Assembly (NCBI GenBank): GCA_036374055.1
Contig: DASUUN010000144.1
Span: 1 to 42,109 of the forward strand
Direction of reading: 5' to 3'
From: Burkholderiales bacterium
GTDB taxonomy: Bacteria; Pseudomonadota; Gammaproteobacteria; Burkholderiales; SG8-39
Length of the DNA: 42,109 bases
The number at the start of each line of letters is the position of its first letter. Position 1 is the stretch's first letter. This document shows positions 7,910-17,266 of this stretch, piece by piece. Under the pieces are notes generated by a model. It saw only the letters and a list, made by a program, of their open reading frames with translations. It was not told where the DNA came from and searched no databases. Made by a program: the position numbers and the translations under genes.

Positions 7910-9106
7910 ATGGACGCCATCTATGACACTCCAGCCAGAGTCGTCCACCGGACACGCCGAGGGCGACGGCCTCTGGTTTGGCTCGCGGCCATTGCCGCCG
8001 TGTACGGCAGCCTTTGCATGCAGATGCTCGCCGCTGCCACGGCCCCCGGGTTCGCCGCACGCCCGCTGTCCAGTGCTGCGGACGTGGATCCCGTGCCGTT
8101 CTATGGAGAGCGGTACGCCTCGAGCGCCGGGACACCGTCCGTGCACGCCGCCACTGCTATCGACGTTCCGGGCGGCATGCGGGCCTTCTGGTACGGCGGC
8201 ACGCGAGAGGGCGCGCAGGATGTCGCGATCTACACGGCGACATACGACCATCGCGCGGGCGCATGGGCCGGCGAACAGCGCGTCGTCACACGCCAGAGCA
8301 CCGAGCAGGGCGTGCGACGCTACATCCGCAAGCTGGGCAATCCGGTCGTGGCACGCGACCGGCAGGGGCTCCTGTGGCTCTTCTACGTCAGCGTTTCGGT
8401 CGGGGGCTGGTCGGGAAGCGCCGTCAACGCGCAGGTCTCGACCGACGACGGCGAGAGCTGGGGCGCGCCGCGCCGCCTGATCGCCTCGCCGTTCTTCAAC
8501 ATCAGCACCCTCGTCAAAGGCCGTCCTTTCCTCTACGAGGACGGCACGATCGGCGTGCCGGCATACCACGAGTTCGCCGGGAAGTTCGGCGAGATTCTTC
8601 GGGTCGACGCCGAGGGACGAGTGATCGGCAAGACCCGGCTTTCTCACGGGCGGTACTCCCTGCAGCCGGTGGTGGTGACCCGCTCTCCCCAGGAGGCCAT
8701 AGCGTTCATGCGCCATGGCGGACACGGCCCGGGGAACGTCCTGATGCTTCGTACCCGCGATGGCGGCGAGACGTGGAGCGAACCCTCGAGGCTGGCGCTA
8801 CCCAATCCGAACGCGGCCGTCGATGCCATGGCCATGGCCGACGGCTCTCTTGCGCTGGTGTTCAACAACCGGCACGGCGGACGCGACGATCTCTCCCTCG
8901 CCGTTTCGCACGATGCCGGCGACACCTGGCGGATAGTGCACAGCTTCGAGAAGGTGCAGGCGCATGCGGGCCGCCCACCGGAGTTCTCTTACCCCTGGCT
9001 CGCCCCCGCGCGTGACGGCTCGCGCTTCCACCTGCTCTACACCTGGCGCAGGCAGCACATCAAGCACATCAAGTTCGACGAAGACTGGCTGGACGAGCGC
9101 AAGTGA
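7910..9106 (+). CDS. BNR/Asp-box repeat beta-propeller protein (annotated family: exo-alpha-sialidase-like), signal-anchored
   Basis: Three Asp-boxes are visible: STDDGESW, TRDGGETW and SHDAGDTW. N-terminal hydrophobic anchor LVWLAAIAAVYGSLCMQMLAAA. I prefer ATG 7910, 10 nt after the upstream stop, over the overlapping ATG 7868. Confidence 0.8.
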   Translation: MDAIYDTPARVVHRTRRGRRPLVWLAAIAAVYGSLCMQMLAAATAPGFAARPLSSAADVDPVPFYGERYASSAGTPSVHAATAIDVPGGMRAFWYGGTREGAQDVAIYTATYDHRAGAWAGEQRVVTRQSTEQGVRRYIRKLGNPVVARDRQGLLWLFYVSVSVGGWSGSAVNAQVSTDDGESWGAPRRLIASPFFNISTLVKGRPFLYEDGTIGVPAYHEFAGKFGEILRVDAEGRVIGKTRLSHGRYSLQPVVVTRSPQEAIAFMRHGGHGPGNVLMLRTRDGGETWSEPSRLALPNPNAAVDAMAMADGSLALVFNNRHGGRDDLSLAVSHDAGDTWRIVHSFEKVQAHAGRPPEFSYPWLAPARDGSRFHLLYTWRRQHIKHIKFDEDWLDERK

Positions 9107-9696
9107 CGCCGCTTGCGCTTGGTTACAGCGGCTGCATGCTCCTGGCGGCCGGGCTGGTCTGTCTATCCGTCCGCCGCTGGAGCCTGAACCTGCGGGCGCG
9201 GATCGGGCTGGCGCTCGCGGCCGCGGTGTCGGTAATGCTGCCGATGGGCGACCTCTTCGCCGCCGACTATATTCGCGCCGTCTTTGGCGATCTCAGCGTG
9301 CTCAGCCAGGCGATGCTCGCAGCATTCATCCTGGGCTACGTCGCCGACCGGCGGCTCCTTGATCTGCGCCAGCTCCGTGCCGTGATGGCCGCAGCCTTCG
9401 CCGGCGGCTTGTTTCTCTACCCGGCCGCCCTGGGCCTCGTTCCTGTGGACCCTTACTCCCTGGGATTCGGGTCGGTCTACTTCGCCGGAGCGCTCGGCGG
9501 GTTGACGCTCATTGCGTGGTACCTCGGCTTCCATTGGCTCGCCGGGGGCATGCTCCTCGCCGTGTCGGCGCGCCTCCTCGACGCCCTCGAATCGCGCAAT
9601 CTATGGGATTACCTGCTCGACCCGTTGCTGGTGCTGTACGCCGCGTTGTGGCTCGGCGCGACGGCCCTTAGAAGGGGCTATTCTTTCAGCCGGTAA
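9103..9696 (+). CDS. Hypothetical polytopic membrane protein
   Basis: GTG start shares GTGA with the upstream stop. About 6 hydrophobic segments and strong G/C third-position bias. No family recognised. Confidence 0.6.
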   Translation: MTPLALGYSGCMLLAAGLVCLSVRRWSLNLRARIGLALAAAVSVMLPMGDLFAADYIRAVFGDLSVLSQAMLAAFILGYVADRRLLDLRQLRAVMAAAFAGGLFLYPAALGLVPVDPYSLGFGSVYFAGALGGLTLIAWYLGFHWLAGGMLLAVSARLLDALESRNLWDYLLDPLLVLYAALWLGATALRRGYSFSR

Positions 9697-10214
9697 AGCG
9701 GGTCGTCCATGCCGTGCCGCTGCTCGGTGAACTCGGGCGGGAAGCCGGCGGCCTCCTGCATCGGCGCGCTTTCGATGTCGCCGAAGACCAGCGTGCGGTG
9801 CGCGACGCGCCATTCGCCGCCGCGCAGCTCGAAGCGGTCCAGGTAGCGCGCGGAGGCGAGGTTGCGCAGCCCCTTGCTGCCCGGCGGCACGTTGGGCGCG
9901 CCCGGGCGGAAGCGCTGCAGCACCAGCACGTAAGTCTCGACGAACGCCCGCTCCCTAGTCTGGAACTCGATCAGCACGTTGGTGTTGAAGTGCATCGAGT
10001 GGTCCTGGTGCTGGTGCATGCGGGCGATGTGGGCGAGAAAGGCGTCCGGCGGGCCCTTGAAGAAGCCGTGATCATCGAACGCGTCGTCGTGGTAAAGGGT
10101 GCGCGCGAGCGCCCAGTCCTGCCGGTCGACGGCGCGCGCGAAGCGCTTCAGGCAGTCCTCGATCGCCGTGCGCGCCTGCAGCTCCTCGAGGAAGCTCGGG
10201 AATACGCCGCTCAC
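9678..10214 (-). CDS. NTF2-fold / SnoaL-like domain protein
   Basis: GTG 10214 shares GTGA with the upstream stop. AIEDCLKRFARAVDRQDWALARTLYHDDAFDDHG...LDRFELRGGEWRVAHR is typical of the SnoaL_4/NTF2 family. The track ORF to 11084 is an in-frame extension. Confidence 0.75.
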   Translation of the reverse strand: MSGVFPSFLEELQARTAIEDCLKRFARAVDRQDWALARTLYHDDAFDDHGFFKGPPDAFLAHIARMHQHQDHSMHFNTNVLIEFQTRERAFVETYVLVLQRFRPGAPNVPPGSKGLRNLASARYLDRFELRGGEWRVAHRTLVFGDIESAPMQEAAGFPPEFTEQRHGMDDPLYRLKE

Positions 10215-11134
10215 GGCTGGAGCGCCTCTTCGCGGTACGAGCTGTCGATGTACTTGCCCGGATCGCCGAGCGTGCGCCTGGCTTCGCTGAACTTCGAGCG
10301 CAGGGCAAGCACCGTTGCCGTGCCTTTCGGATCCAGCCGCACGTCCTTGAAGAAGCCCGAGCGCTCGTTCAGCAACACGCCGAGGGACTGCCTGGCGAGC
10401 GCCGGCGTCATGGCGCGCATGTTCGCCACCAGCAGCGCCTCCGCGATCTCGCGGTTCGCCGGGTCGTAGAGGAACCCGACGCCGGCGTGATAGGCGCGGA
10501 TGAAGCCGACCAGCGCCTGCTGGTTCTGTCTCGCCCAGGAGCGCCGCGACGCCGCCACCACGCCCTGGTAGGCGCCGAGGTGCTCGTCCGCGCGCGCCAG
10601 CTGCGCATGGCCCTGGTTCATCGCCAGCAGGTCGAAGGGCGTGATGAGGACCGTGGCCGAGTGCGTGCCCTTGAGCAGCTCCTGGAACCGGCCGAGCACG
10701 CCGCCGGCGCGATCGAACGTCACTGCCGATTCGGCGATGCCGTTTTTCGCCAGCAGCTCCCGAAGGACGAACGCGTAGCCGGTGGTGAGCGCGTCGACCG
10801 ACAGTTTCTTCCCCTCGAGGTCGGCGAAGCTCCGGATGTCGCGCCCGCCGACCACCGACAGGAAGCCGCTGTCGCTGCCCATGAAGGCGAACATGTCCGG
10901 GTCCGGCGGAATCGCCGCCTCCCCCTGCCCTTCCTGGTAGGCGACGACGTTGTCGAACGCCGTCATCGCGATGTCGAAGCGGCCCTGCGCCAGGCCCTGC
11001 ATCTGGAAGGTCGAGCTCGGCGTGGGGGTGAGGCTCACCCGCACGCCGTTGCTCTCGAAGAAGCCCTGCCGCTCGGCGGCCCACAGCGGCAGGTTGAAGC
11101 CGCCGGGGAAGACGATGACGCTCAGCGGCTTCAA
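10211..11134 (-). CDS. NMT1/THI5-like (sulfonate/nitrate-type) substrate-binding-fold protein lacking a signal peptide
   Basis: MKPLSVIVFPGGFNLPLWAAERQGFFESNGVRVSL...FDIAMTAFDNVVAY shows the periplasmic-binding-protein type 2 fold pattern. There is no N-terminal hydrophobic signal. Confidence 0.75.
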   Translation of the reverse strand: MKPLSVIVFPGGFNLPLWAAERQGFFESNGVRVSLTPTPSSTFQMQGLAQGRFDIAMTAFDNVVAYQEGQGEAAIPPDPDMFAFMGSDSGFLSVVGGRDIRSFADLEGKKLSVDALTTGYAFVLRELLAKNGIAESAVTFDRAGGVLGRFQELLKGTHSATVLITPFDLLAMNQGHAQLARADEHLGAYQGVVAASRRSWARQNQQALVGFIRAYHAGVGFLYDPANREIAEALLVANMRAMTPALARQSLGVLLNERSGFFKDVRLDPKGTATVLALRSKFSEARRTLGDPGKYIDSSYREEALQP

Positions 11135-11138
11135 CGGC

Positions 11139-11678
11139 TCATGCCGTGGTCTTGATGTTGAGCTCCTTCAGCTCGCCCACCTCCGCGCCGTCGTCCATGG
11201 AGAAGCGGTCGCCGAAGTCGAACAGGTCCTCGTTCTGGAAGCCCGGATAGTGCTGGATCTCCCACCAGTTGTGGTCCAGGTCCTCCATGTAGAACGAGTA
11301 CACGCCGTGCTGCATCACCACCGGCAGGACCTGCCGGATCTTGTACTTGTCCTTGTGCTTGAGCGCCGCCTCGTGCGCCTTGTCGACTTCTTCCTTGGAG
11401 CCGACGTCCATGCCCCAATGGTTCAGGACGTTCTGCGGGTGCACCGCGGAGCCGACCTCGACCGCGACGATGTGGAACTTGAGCCCGCAGCGCACCACCA
11501 TCGCCGGCTTGGCGTGGCGCACGCACTCGAGGCCCAGGAACTCCTCGTAGAACTTGCGCGACTCCTTGAGGCTGTAGCACTCCATCGTGCCGTGCGACAG
11601 GACGTAAGGCTTGACGACGGACTTCTCGGTCTTGGCATCGGCGATGCCATCCTGGATCTTCTCTCGGGTCTGGGACAT
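11139..11678 (-). CDS. VOC (glyoxalase/bleomycin resistance/extradiol dioxygenase) family protein
   Basis: ATG 11678 is preceded by GGAGGAG. HGTMECYSLKESRKFYEEFLGLECVRH...FHIVAVEV...HWGMDV...SFYMEDLDHNWWEI resembles VOC beta-alpha-beta-beta-beta modules. Confidence 0.75.
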   Translation of the reverse strand: MSQTREKIQDGIADAKTEKSVVKPYVLSHGTMECYSLKESRKFYEEFLGLECVRHAKPAMVVRCGLKFHIVAVEVGSAVHPQNVLNHWGMDVGSKEEVDKAHEAALKHKDKYKIRQVLPVVMQHGVYSFYMEDLDHNWWEIQHYPGFQNEDLFDFGDRFSMDDGAEVGELKELNIKTTA

Positions 11679-11686
11679 GTCTCCTC

Positions 11687-12691
11687 CTATGCGGTTGCGG
11701 CCTTGTCGGCCTCGGTCAGGAATGAATCGGCGTAGAACTCGTCGGCCGGCAGGCGGCATTGCGCGCTGAAGTCGCGCCGCGCCGACTCGACCATGATCGG
11801 CGCGCCGCAGGCATAGACCTGGTGCCCCGACAGGTCGGGAAAGTCTTCCATCACGGCGCGGTGCACGAAACCCATGCGTCCGTCCCACTGCTCGTCGGAA
11901 AGCACGGGAACGAACTTCAGGTGCTTCCAGGCGCGCGCGAGCTCCAGCATATACAAGTCGCGCTTCAGGCGCACGCCCCAGTAGAGCGTCATCGGCCGGG
12001 AAATCTTCTTCTCCAGGGCGTGCTCGGCGATCGCCTTGATCGGGGCGAAGCCCGTGCCGCTGGCCACCATCACGATCGGCTTGCCCGAGTCCTCGCGCAG
12101 GTAGAAGCTGCCCAGCGGGCCCTCGAAGCGCAGCAGGTCCCGCACCTTGAGCTTGTCGAACACGTGGTCGGTGAAGGCGCCGCCGGGCGTATGGCGCACG
12201 TGGATCTCGAGCGCGGTGACGCCGCCCGGGTCGGGCCGCGTGGCGAGCGAATAGCTGCGCCGCTTGCCGTCCTTCAGCAGGAAATCGATGTACTGGCCGG
12301 CCAGGAAGCGGAAGTTCTCGTTCATCGGCAGGCGCAGGCCGATCACCGCCACGTCGGGGGCGGGCTTCTCCAGCCGCTCCACCCGGCAGGGAATCACGCG
12401 CGGGCGCACGCCCTGGACTTCGCGCACCTCGACCACCAGGTCGGAGAGCGGCTTTGCCTGGCACAGCAGCGCGTAGCCCTTCGCCTTGTCGCTCTCCGGC
12501 AGGTAGGTGGCGTGCACCAGACCATAGTCGACCTTGCCCTCGAGGATGGTGCCCCGGCAGGTGCGGCAGACGCCTGCGCGGCAGCTGTAGGGCAGCATGT
12601 GCCCGGCGTCCAGGCCGGCCTGGAGGATGTTCTGCCCTTCCGGGACCTCGAAGGCGTGCCCGCTCGGTTTCAAAGTGACGGTGAATCCCAT
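11687..12691 (-). CDS. 2Fe-2S ferredoxin / FAD-NAD(P)H oxidoreductase (FNR-type, CDP-6-deoxy-delta-3,4-glucoseen reductase-like)
   Basis: ATG 12691 is preceded by AAGGAG. Plant-type ferredoxin motif YSCRAGVCRTCRG...LLCQA, FAD motif RSYSLA and NAD motif MVASGTGFAPI. Confidence 0.85.
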   Translation of the reverse strand: MGFTVTLKPSGHAFEVPEGQNILQAGLDAGHMLPYSCRAGVCRTCRGTILEGKVDYGLVHATYLPESDKAKGYALLCQAKPLSDLVVEVREVQGVRPRVIPCRVERLEKPAPDVAVIGLRLPMNENFRFLAGQYIDFLLKDGKRRSYSLATRPDPGGVTALEIHVRHTPGGAFTDHVFDKLKVRDLLRFEGPLGSFYLREDSGKPIVMVASGTGFAPIKAIAEHALEKKISRPMTLYWGVRLKRDLYMLELARAWKHLKFVPVLSDEQWDGRMGFVHRAVMEDFPDLSGHQVYACGAPIMVESARRDFSAQCRLPADEFYADSFLTEADKAATA

Positions 12692-12701
12692 GCTCTCCTT
12701 T

Positions 12702-13427
12702 CTAGCTCTTCGTCTCGGCGGCGCCGATTCCAAGGTAGACGCGGCGGATCTCGTCGCGCCCCAGCAGCTCGGCCGGCGCGCCTTCGGCGACGATGCGACC
12801 CTCGTCCAGCACGTAGCCGCGCCGCGCCAGTTCCAGCGCCATGGCGACATTTTGCTCCACCAGCAGCACTGCGACGCCTGCCGCGTTGACCTCGCGGATC
12901 GCGCGGAACAGCTCCTGCACGATCAGGGGCGAAAGGCCGAGCGAGGGCTCGTCGAGAAGCAGGAAGCGCGGCCGCGCCATCAGCGCCCGCCCGATCGCCA
13001 CCATCTGCTGCTGGCCGCCGGAAAGCGCGCCCGCGGGCGCCGCCATCCGCTCGGCGAGCACCGGGAAAAGGGCGCAGACGCGCCGCAGGGAGTCGGCGCG
13101 CATCCGGCGGGCCTCGGCGCGGTAGCTGCCGAGCTCCAGGTTCTCCCGCACGGTCAGGTTCACGAACAGGCGCCGCCCTTCCGGAACGATCGCGATGCCC
13201 CGGTCGCAGAAGCGATGCGGCGCCTCGCGGGTGATGTCGTGGCCGTCGACCCGCAGGCGGCCCGACGCCACCGCGTGCAGGCCCGCCATCGCGTTGATCA
13301 GCGTCGATTTTCCGGCGCCATTGGGGCCCACGACCACCACCAGCTCGCCGGCGTCGATGCGCAGGCGCACGTGCGCGACCGCGGCCGCCGCGCCGTAGTT
13401 CACGCCGACGTCGCTCACCTCATACAT
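12702..13427 (-). CDS. Branched-chain-amino-acid-type ABC transporter ATP-binding protein (LivF-like)
   Basis: Walker A GPNGAGKST, signature LSGGQQQM and Walker B FLLLDEPSLGL. Confidence 0.9.
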   Translation of the reverse strand: MYEVSDVGVNYGAAAAVAHVRLRIDAGELVVVVGPNGAGKSTLINAMAGLHAVASGRLRVDGHDITREAPHRFCDRGIAIVPEGRRLFVNLTVRENLELGSYRAEARRMRADSLRRVCALFPVLAERMAAPAGALSGGQQQMVAIGRALMARPRFLLLDEPSLGLSPLIVQELFRAIREVNAAGVAVLLVEQNVAMALELARRGYVLDEGRIVAEGAPAELLGRDEIRRVYLGIGAAETKS

Positions 13428-15132
13428 GCGCCGCCCCCAGGTAGGCCGAGACCACCTCCGGGTGGCGCATGACCTCGGCCGGCGCGCCCTCGGCGATCGC
13501 CTTGCCGTAGGTCAGCACCGCCACGCGGTCGGTCAGCTCCATGACCGCGCGCATCACGTGCTCGACGAACACAATGGTCGCGCCCTGGTCGCGGATGGCG
13601 CGGACGAGGCGCAGCGCCCCATCCATCTCGGCCGGCGTCAGGCCGGAAAGCACCTCGTCCAGGAACAGCAGCTTCGGGCGCGACGCCAGCGCGCGCGCCA
13701 GCTCGAGGAACTTGCGCTGGTGCAGGTTGAGCTCGCCGGGATACTGGTGCGCCTTGTCGGCGAGCTGCGTGAACTCGAGCCAGCGCCACGCCTCCCGCTC
13801 GGCCGCCGCGCGGTCCATGATCACCTGTCCGAACATCGGCGGCAGGGCAATGTTCTGCAGCACGGTGAGCTGCGGAAACGGGCGGGGGATCTGGTAGGTG
13901 CGCGCGATGCCTGCCCGGGCGATGCGGTGCGCGGGCGTGCCGACGAGCTCCTCGCCCTCGAAGCGGATCGAGCCGCGATCGGCCGCGTAATGGCCGCTCA
14001 CCACGTTGATCAATGTCGACTTGCCGGAGCCGTTGGGGCCGACCAGCCCGAGGATTTCGCCGCGGCGCACGTCGAGGTCCACGCCGGCGAGCGCCTGCAC
14101 GCCCTTGAACGCCTTCGCCACGCCGCGCACCGCCAGGATCGGCTCCGCGGACGCCTTCGCGGCCCGCCGCGGTACTTCGTCCGCCCGCGCGGACGGTGCC
14201 GCCGCGACCGCCGTTTTCCGCAAGCGCTTGAAAATCTGGCCGAGGATGCCTGCCGGCATCGCCACGATGACCACGATCAGGATCAGTCCGCTCAACGCGC
14301 GGCCGATCACGGCCGCCTCGCCGCCGGTAAAGGCATACAACAGCAGGGTGATCACCACGGCGCCGACCGCGGGCCCGAGCCAGTGGCGCGTGCCGCCCAG
14401 CGCGCTCATCAGCACCACGTTGACCGCCAGCGCGATCGAGAACGTTTCCGCCACAGTGACATACGAGACGAAAATGGCGTGGATGCCGCCGGCGAGCCCA
14501 GCAAGCGCGCACGAGATGGCGAAGGCCGCGAGCTTGAAGCGGTAGGTCGGCACGCCCATCACCTCGGCGACGTCCTCGTCGTCGTGGATCGCGAACAGCC
14601 CGGTGCCGAAGCGCGAGTGATACATCGCGTAGGCCGTCCACAGCGTCAGCGCCGCGGCCGCGAGCATCATCAGATAGATCGCGCCCGACGGCGTCGGCGC
14701 GATCCTCGGCATGTCGACCATCACCTGGATGCCCGGCCCGCCGTCCACGGTGTTGAGCGCGATCGTGGACAGGACAAAAGTGATGGCCAGCGTGAGAAGG
14801 GCAAAGAGCTCGCCTCGCAGCGCGCGCACGCGGAACACCACTGCGCCGAGGGCCACGCCGAACACCGTGGCGGCGAGCGCCGCGAGCGGCAGGGTCCACA
14901 GGAAAGGCCAGCCCAGCTTGCCCGCGAGCGCCGCGGTGGTGTAGACGCCGACGCCGAAGAACGCGCCGTGGCCGAAGGAGAAGTAGCCCGAGTAGCCGCT
15001 GAGCAGATTCCACGAGGTCGCGAGCACGATGGCGTGCAGCAGCAGGTACCCGAACGACTCGTAGAACGCCGGCAGCCCGAGGTAGGGAAGCGCGCAGAGC
15101 AGCGCCGCGCAGGCCGCGAGCATGGCCTTCAT
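13420..15132 (-). CDS. Fused ABC permease (LivM-like) / ATP-binding (LivG-like) protein
   Basis: ATG 15132 overlaps the upstream stop (TGATG). The N-terminal ~300 aa are polytopic (NLLSGYSGYFSFGHGAFFGVG). After the linker KRLRKTAVAAAPSARADE comes an ATPase with GPNGSGKST and LLFLDEVLSGL. One continuous frame of 571 codons. Confidence 0.85.
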   Translation of the reverse strand: MKAMLAACAALLCALPYLGLPAFYESFGYLLLHAIVLATSWNLLSGYSGYFSFGHGAFFGVGVYTTAALAGKLGWPFLWTLPLAALAATVFGVALGAVVFRVRALRGELFALLTLAITFVLSTIALNTVDGGPGIQVMVDMPRIAPTPSGAIYLMMLAAAALTLWTAYAMYHSRFGTGLFAIHDDEDVAEVMGVPTYRFKLAAFAISCALAGLAGGIHAIFVSYVTVAETFSIALAVNVVLMSALGGTRHWLGPAVGAVVITLLLYAFTGGEAAVIGRALSGLILIVVIVAMPAGILGQIFKRLRKTAVAAAPSARADEVPRRAAKASAEPILAVRGVAKAFKGVQALAGVDLDVRRGEILGLVGPNGSGKSTLINVVSGHYAADRGSIRFEGEELVGTPAHRIARAGIARTYQIPRPFPQLTVLQNIALPPMFGQVIMDRAAAEREAWRWLEFTQLADKAHQYPGELNLHQRKFLELARALASRPKLLFLDEVLSGLTPAEMDGALRLVRAIRDQGATIVFVEHVMRAVMELTDRVAVLTYGKAIAEGAPAEVMRHPEVVSAYLGAAHV

Positions 15133-15983
15133 CAGAATCTCGCCGGCCGGACCAGCAGGATGGCGATCAGCAGCGAGAACGACACCAGCGGCGCCCAGGT
15201 CGGCGCCGTGACCGCCATGGTGAGGGCCTCGCTCACGCCGATCACGATGCCCGCCACCAGCGGCCCGATCGGGCTGCCCAGGCCGCCCATCATCACCGCC
15301 GCGAACACCACCCCCATCCAGGCGTAGATCTGCACCGGCGCCAGGGTGTGGTTCAGGGCGAGGCAAAGGCCCGCCACGGCCGCCACCGCGGCAGCCAGCC
15401 CGGAGACGAGGTAGCCGAGCAGCTTCTCGTTGACGCCGAAGGCCGCGGCGATCGGCGCATCCTCGGTGGTGGCGCGGATCGCCTTGCCCATGTCGGTGAA
15501 GCGCAGCACGCCCCACATGCCGAGCGCGAGCGTCAGGGCGAAGCCGAGCGTGATCAGATCGGGCAGCGACACGAACAGCGGCCCGAGCTTCCAGCGCATG
15601 GCCGCGTACGTGCTCTCCATGCGGTGGAAATCCGCGGTCCAGAACCACTGGATGCCCGCCTCGATGATGCTGGTGAGCCCGAACGTGACCAGCAGCGTGT
15701 TCAGCAACGTCACCGAGAAGCGCAGGAAAAACCAGTGCAGCGCCATTCCCAGCGCAAAGAACGCCGGCGCGGTGACCGCGAGGGTGACGAAAGGATCCAC
15801 CTGCGCCACCGCCGCGAGCTGGTAGGTGACGTAGCCGCCGAGGAAGGCGAGCGCGAAATGCGCCAGGTTGACCTGGCGCAGCATGCCCCACGACAGGCTC
15901 AAGCCGAGCCCGAGCAGCCCGTAAAGCGAGCCGATGAAGATCCCCGACAGGACCGACTGGCCCAGCAGGGTCGCGCTCGGCAC
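15132..15983 (-). CDS. Branched-chain-amino-acid-type ABC transporter permease (LivH-like)
   Basis: 283 aa, polytopic. IFIGSLYGLLGLGLSLSWGMLRQVNLAHFA is the typical LivH N-terminus. Confidence 0.85.
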   Translation of the reverse strand: MPSATLLGQSVLSGIFIGSLYGLLGLGLSLSWGMLRQVNLAHFALAFLGGYVTYQLAAVAQVDPFVTLAVTAPAFFALGMALHWFFLRFSVTLLNTLLVTFGLTSIIEAGIQWFWTADFHRMESTYAAMRWKLGPLFVSLPDLITLGFALTLALGMWGVLRFTDMGKAIRATTEDAPIAAAFGVNEKLLGYLVSGLAAAVAAVAGLCLALNHTLAPVQIYAWMGVVFAAVMMGGLGSPIGPLVAGIVIGVSEALTMAVTAPTWAPLVSFSLLIAILLVRPARF

Positions 15984-16000
15984 CTACCCTCCGGCGCGGC

Positions 16001-17203
16001 TCAGACGACCTTGGCGCCGGGCGCCGCCCATTGGGCCGGCGAGACCACGACCCACCTGCCCTGCTGCAGCTGCTTCACCTTGTACTGGTCGGAGCCCTCG
16101 ACGTAGTTCTGCGGGCCGGTCCACTTGAGCGACCCGAAGATCACCTTCACCTCGTTCTTCTTCAGCCACGCGGCGATCGCCTTGTCGTCGGTGCCCCGGG
16201 TCGCCGTCACCGCCGCCTCGAGCACCTGCCAGGCCGCATAGGCGATCGCCGACTGCAGGTCGACCGCGTTGTACGGGATGCCGGCCGCCTTGCTGCGCTC
16301 GGCGTAGGTCTTGACGAACTGGGCGATCGAGGGATCGTCGGTGAAGGGCGGATGCGCCTCGAAGTTGGTCAGCGCGAACGCGCCCTGCGCCTGCGGCAGC
16401 TTCAGCATCGGCCCGGGCGCCGGGAACAGATGCACCTGCGCCGGCGGGCGGTAGTCGATCTTATTCATCGCCTCGAGCATCAGCACCGGGTCGATGCCGT
16501 TGGTGCCGCCCCAGAGGAAATCGGGGTTCGCGTCCTTGACGCGGCTCGCGATCGGGCCGAAGTCGCGCGTGCCGAACTCGTACTCGAGGTGCAGCACCTC
16601 GTCGAGGCCGCGCTTCTTGAGGACCTGGCGCGCGCCGCCCGAGATGAAATGCACCGACGGAAACTTGCTCGTCACGATGGCGACCCTTTTCGGCGGCTTC
16701 GGCAGCTTCGCCGCCGCGTCGAAGATCAGGTTGGGCCAGACGTTCTCCGGGTCGAAGGCGACGCCCGCGGTCTGGAACTGCATGTCGTACTTCGCGAGCC
16801 TCGGGATGCCGAACGAATTGTGCAGCAGCACCTTGCCGTAGCGTTGCGCCACGCCCATGGCGGCGAGGATCGCCCCGGTGGCATAGGGGCTCTGGATCAG
16901 GTCGACCTTGTCCGAGGTGATGAGCTGTTCGTAGAGCGTGCGGGTCAGCTCGGGCTTCGACTGGTCGTCGCGCAGCACCCATTCGACCGGCCGGCCGAGC
17001 AGGCCGCCGCGCCGGTTCAGGTTCTCGACGTAGATCTCGCCGGTGACCCTGTGGATGAGGGCGAGCGATGCGAGCGGGCCGGTGAGCGGCAGCGTGCTGC
17101 CGATGCGCAGCGGCCTGCCCTGCGCGCGCAGCGCGCCCGGCAGCGCCAGGGTGGAAAGAAGCGCGCCTCCGGCCGCCAGGGCCCGACGTCGGTCTATTCT
17201 CAT
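16001..17203 (-). CDS. ABC transporter substrate-binding protein (type 1 periplasmic binding fold, LivK-like) with Tat-type signal
   Basis: MRIDRRRALAAGGALLSTLALPGALRAQ signal, then RIGSTLPLTGPLA... as in Leu/Ile/Val-binding family proteins. It is the first gene of the 8-gene minus-strand operon. Confidence 0.85.
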   Translation of the reverse strand: MRIDRRRALAAGGALLSTLALPGALRAQGRPLRIGSTLPLTGPLASLALIHRVTGEIYVENLNRRGGLLGRPVEWVLRDDQSKPELTRTLYEQLITSDKVDLIQSPYATGAILAAMGVAQRYGKVLLHNSFGIPRLAKYDMQFQTAGVAFDPENVWPNLIFDAAAKLPKPPKRVAIVTSKFPSVHFISGGARQVLKKRGLDEVLHLEYEFGTRDFGPIASRVKDANPDFLWGGTNGIDPVLMLEAMNKIDYRPPAQVHLFPAPGPMLKLPQAQGAFALTNFEAHPPFTDDPSIAQFVKTYAERSKAAGIPYNAVDLQSAIAYAAWQVLEAAVTATRGTDDKAIAAWLKKNEVKVIFGSLKWTGPQNYVEGSDQYKVKQLQQGRWVVVSPAQWAAPGAKVV

Positions 17204-17266
17204 CTTGCTCCTCCTCAGGACGAAACGGTATATTGTCCATACGCCAACGCATTGTCAATTCGCCAA

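Noticed and set aside
7910-9106. Calling the BNR/Asp-box protein a genuine sialidase.
   Set aside because: Asp-box repeats mark the beta-propeller fold and say nothing about activity. I cannot verify the Arg triad or the nucleophile Tyr by eye, and no sialic-acid utilisation genes are nearby. I kept it as 'sialidase-fold / BNR repeat protein'.
13420-15132. LivM-LivG fusion as a frameshift or assembly artefact.
   Set aside because: It is a single uninterrupted 571-codon frame. A plausible Ala/Pro/Arg-rich linker (KRLRKTAVAAAPSARADEVPRRAAKA) joins the last TM helix to the ATPase N-terminus. Such permease-ATPase fusions are known in this transporter family.
13420-15891. Very long track ORFs that run through neighbouring genes: 13420..15891, 27813..30110, 26075..27793, 9678..11084, 11139..12464, 16031..18040, 17233..18882, 19019..20482, 4450..5670, 2018..3172 and 1572..2612.
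   Set aside because: The upstream parts are in-frame read-through across the 3' ends of better-supported adjacent genes and look like junk sequence. I used internal starts that coincide with ATGA/GTGA/TGATG junctions or Shine-Dalgarno sequences, and with the beginning of the recognisable domain.
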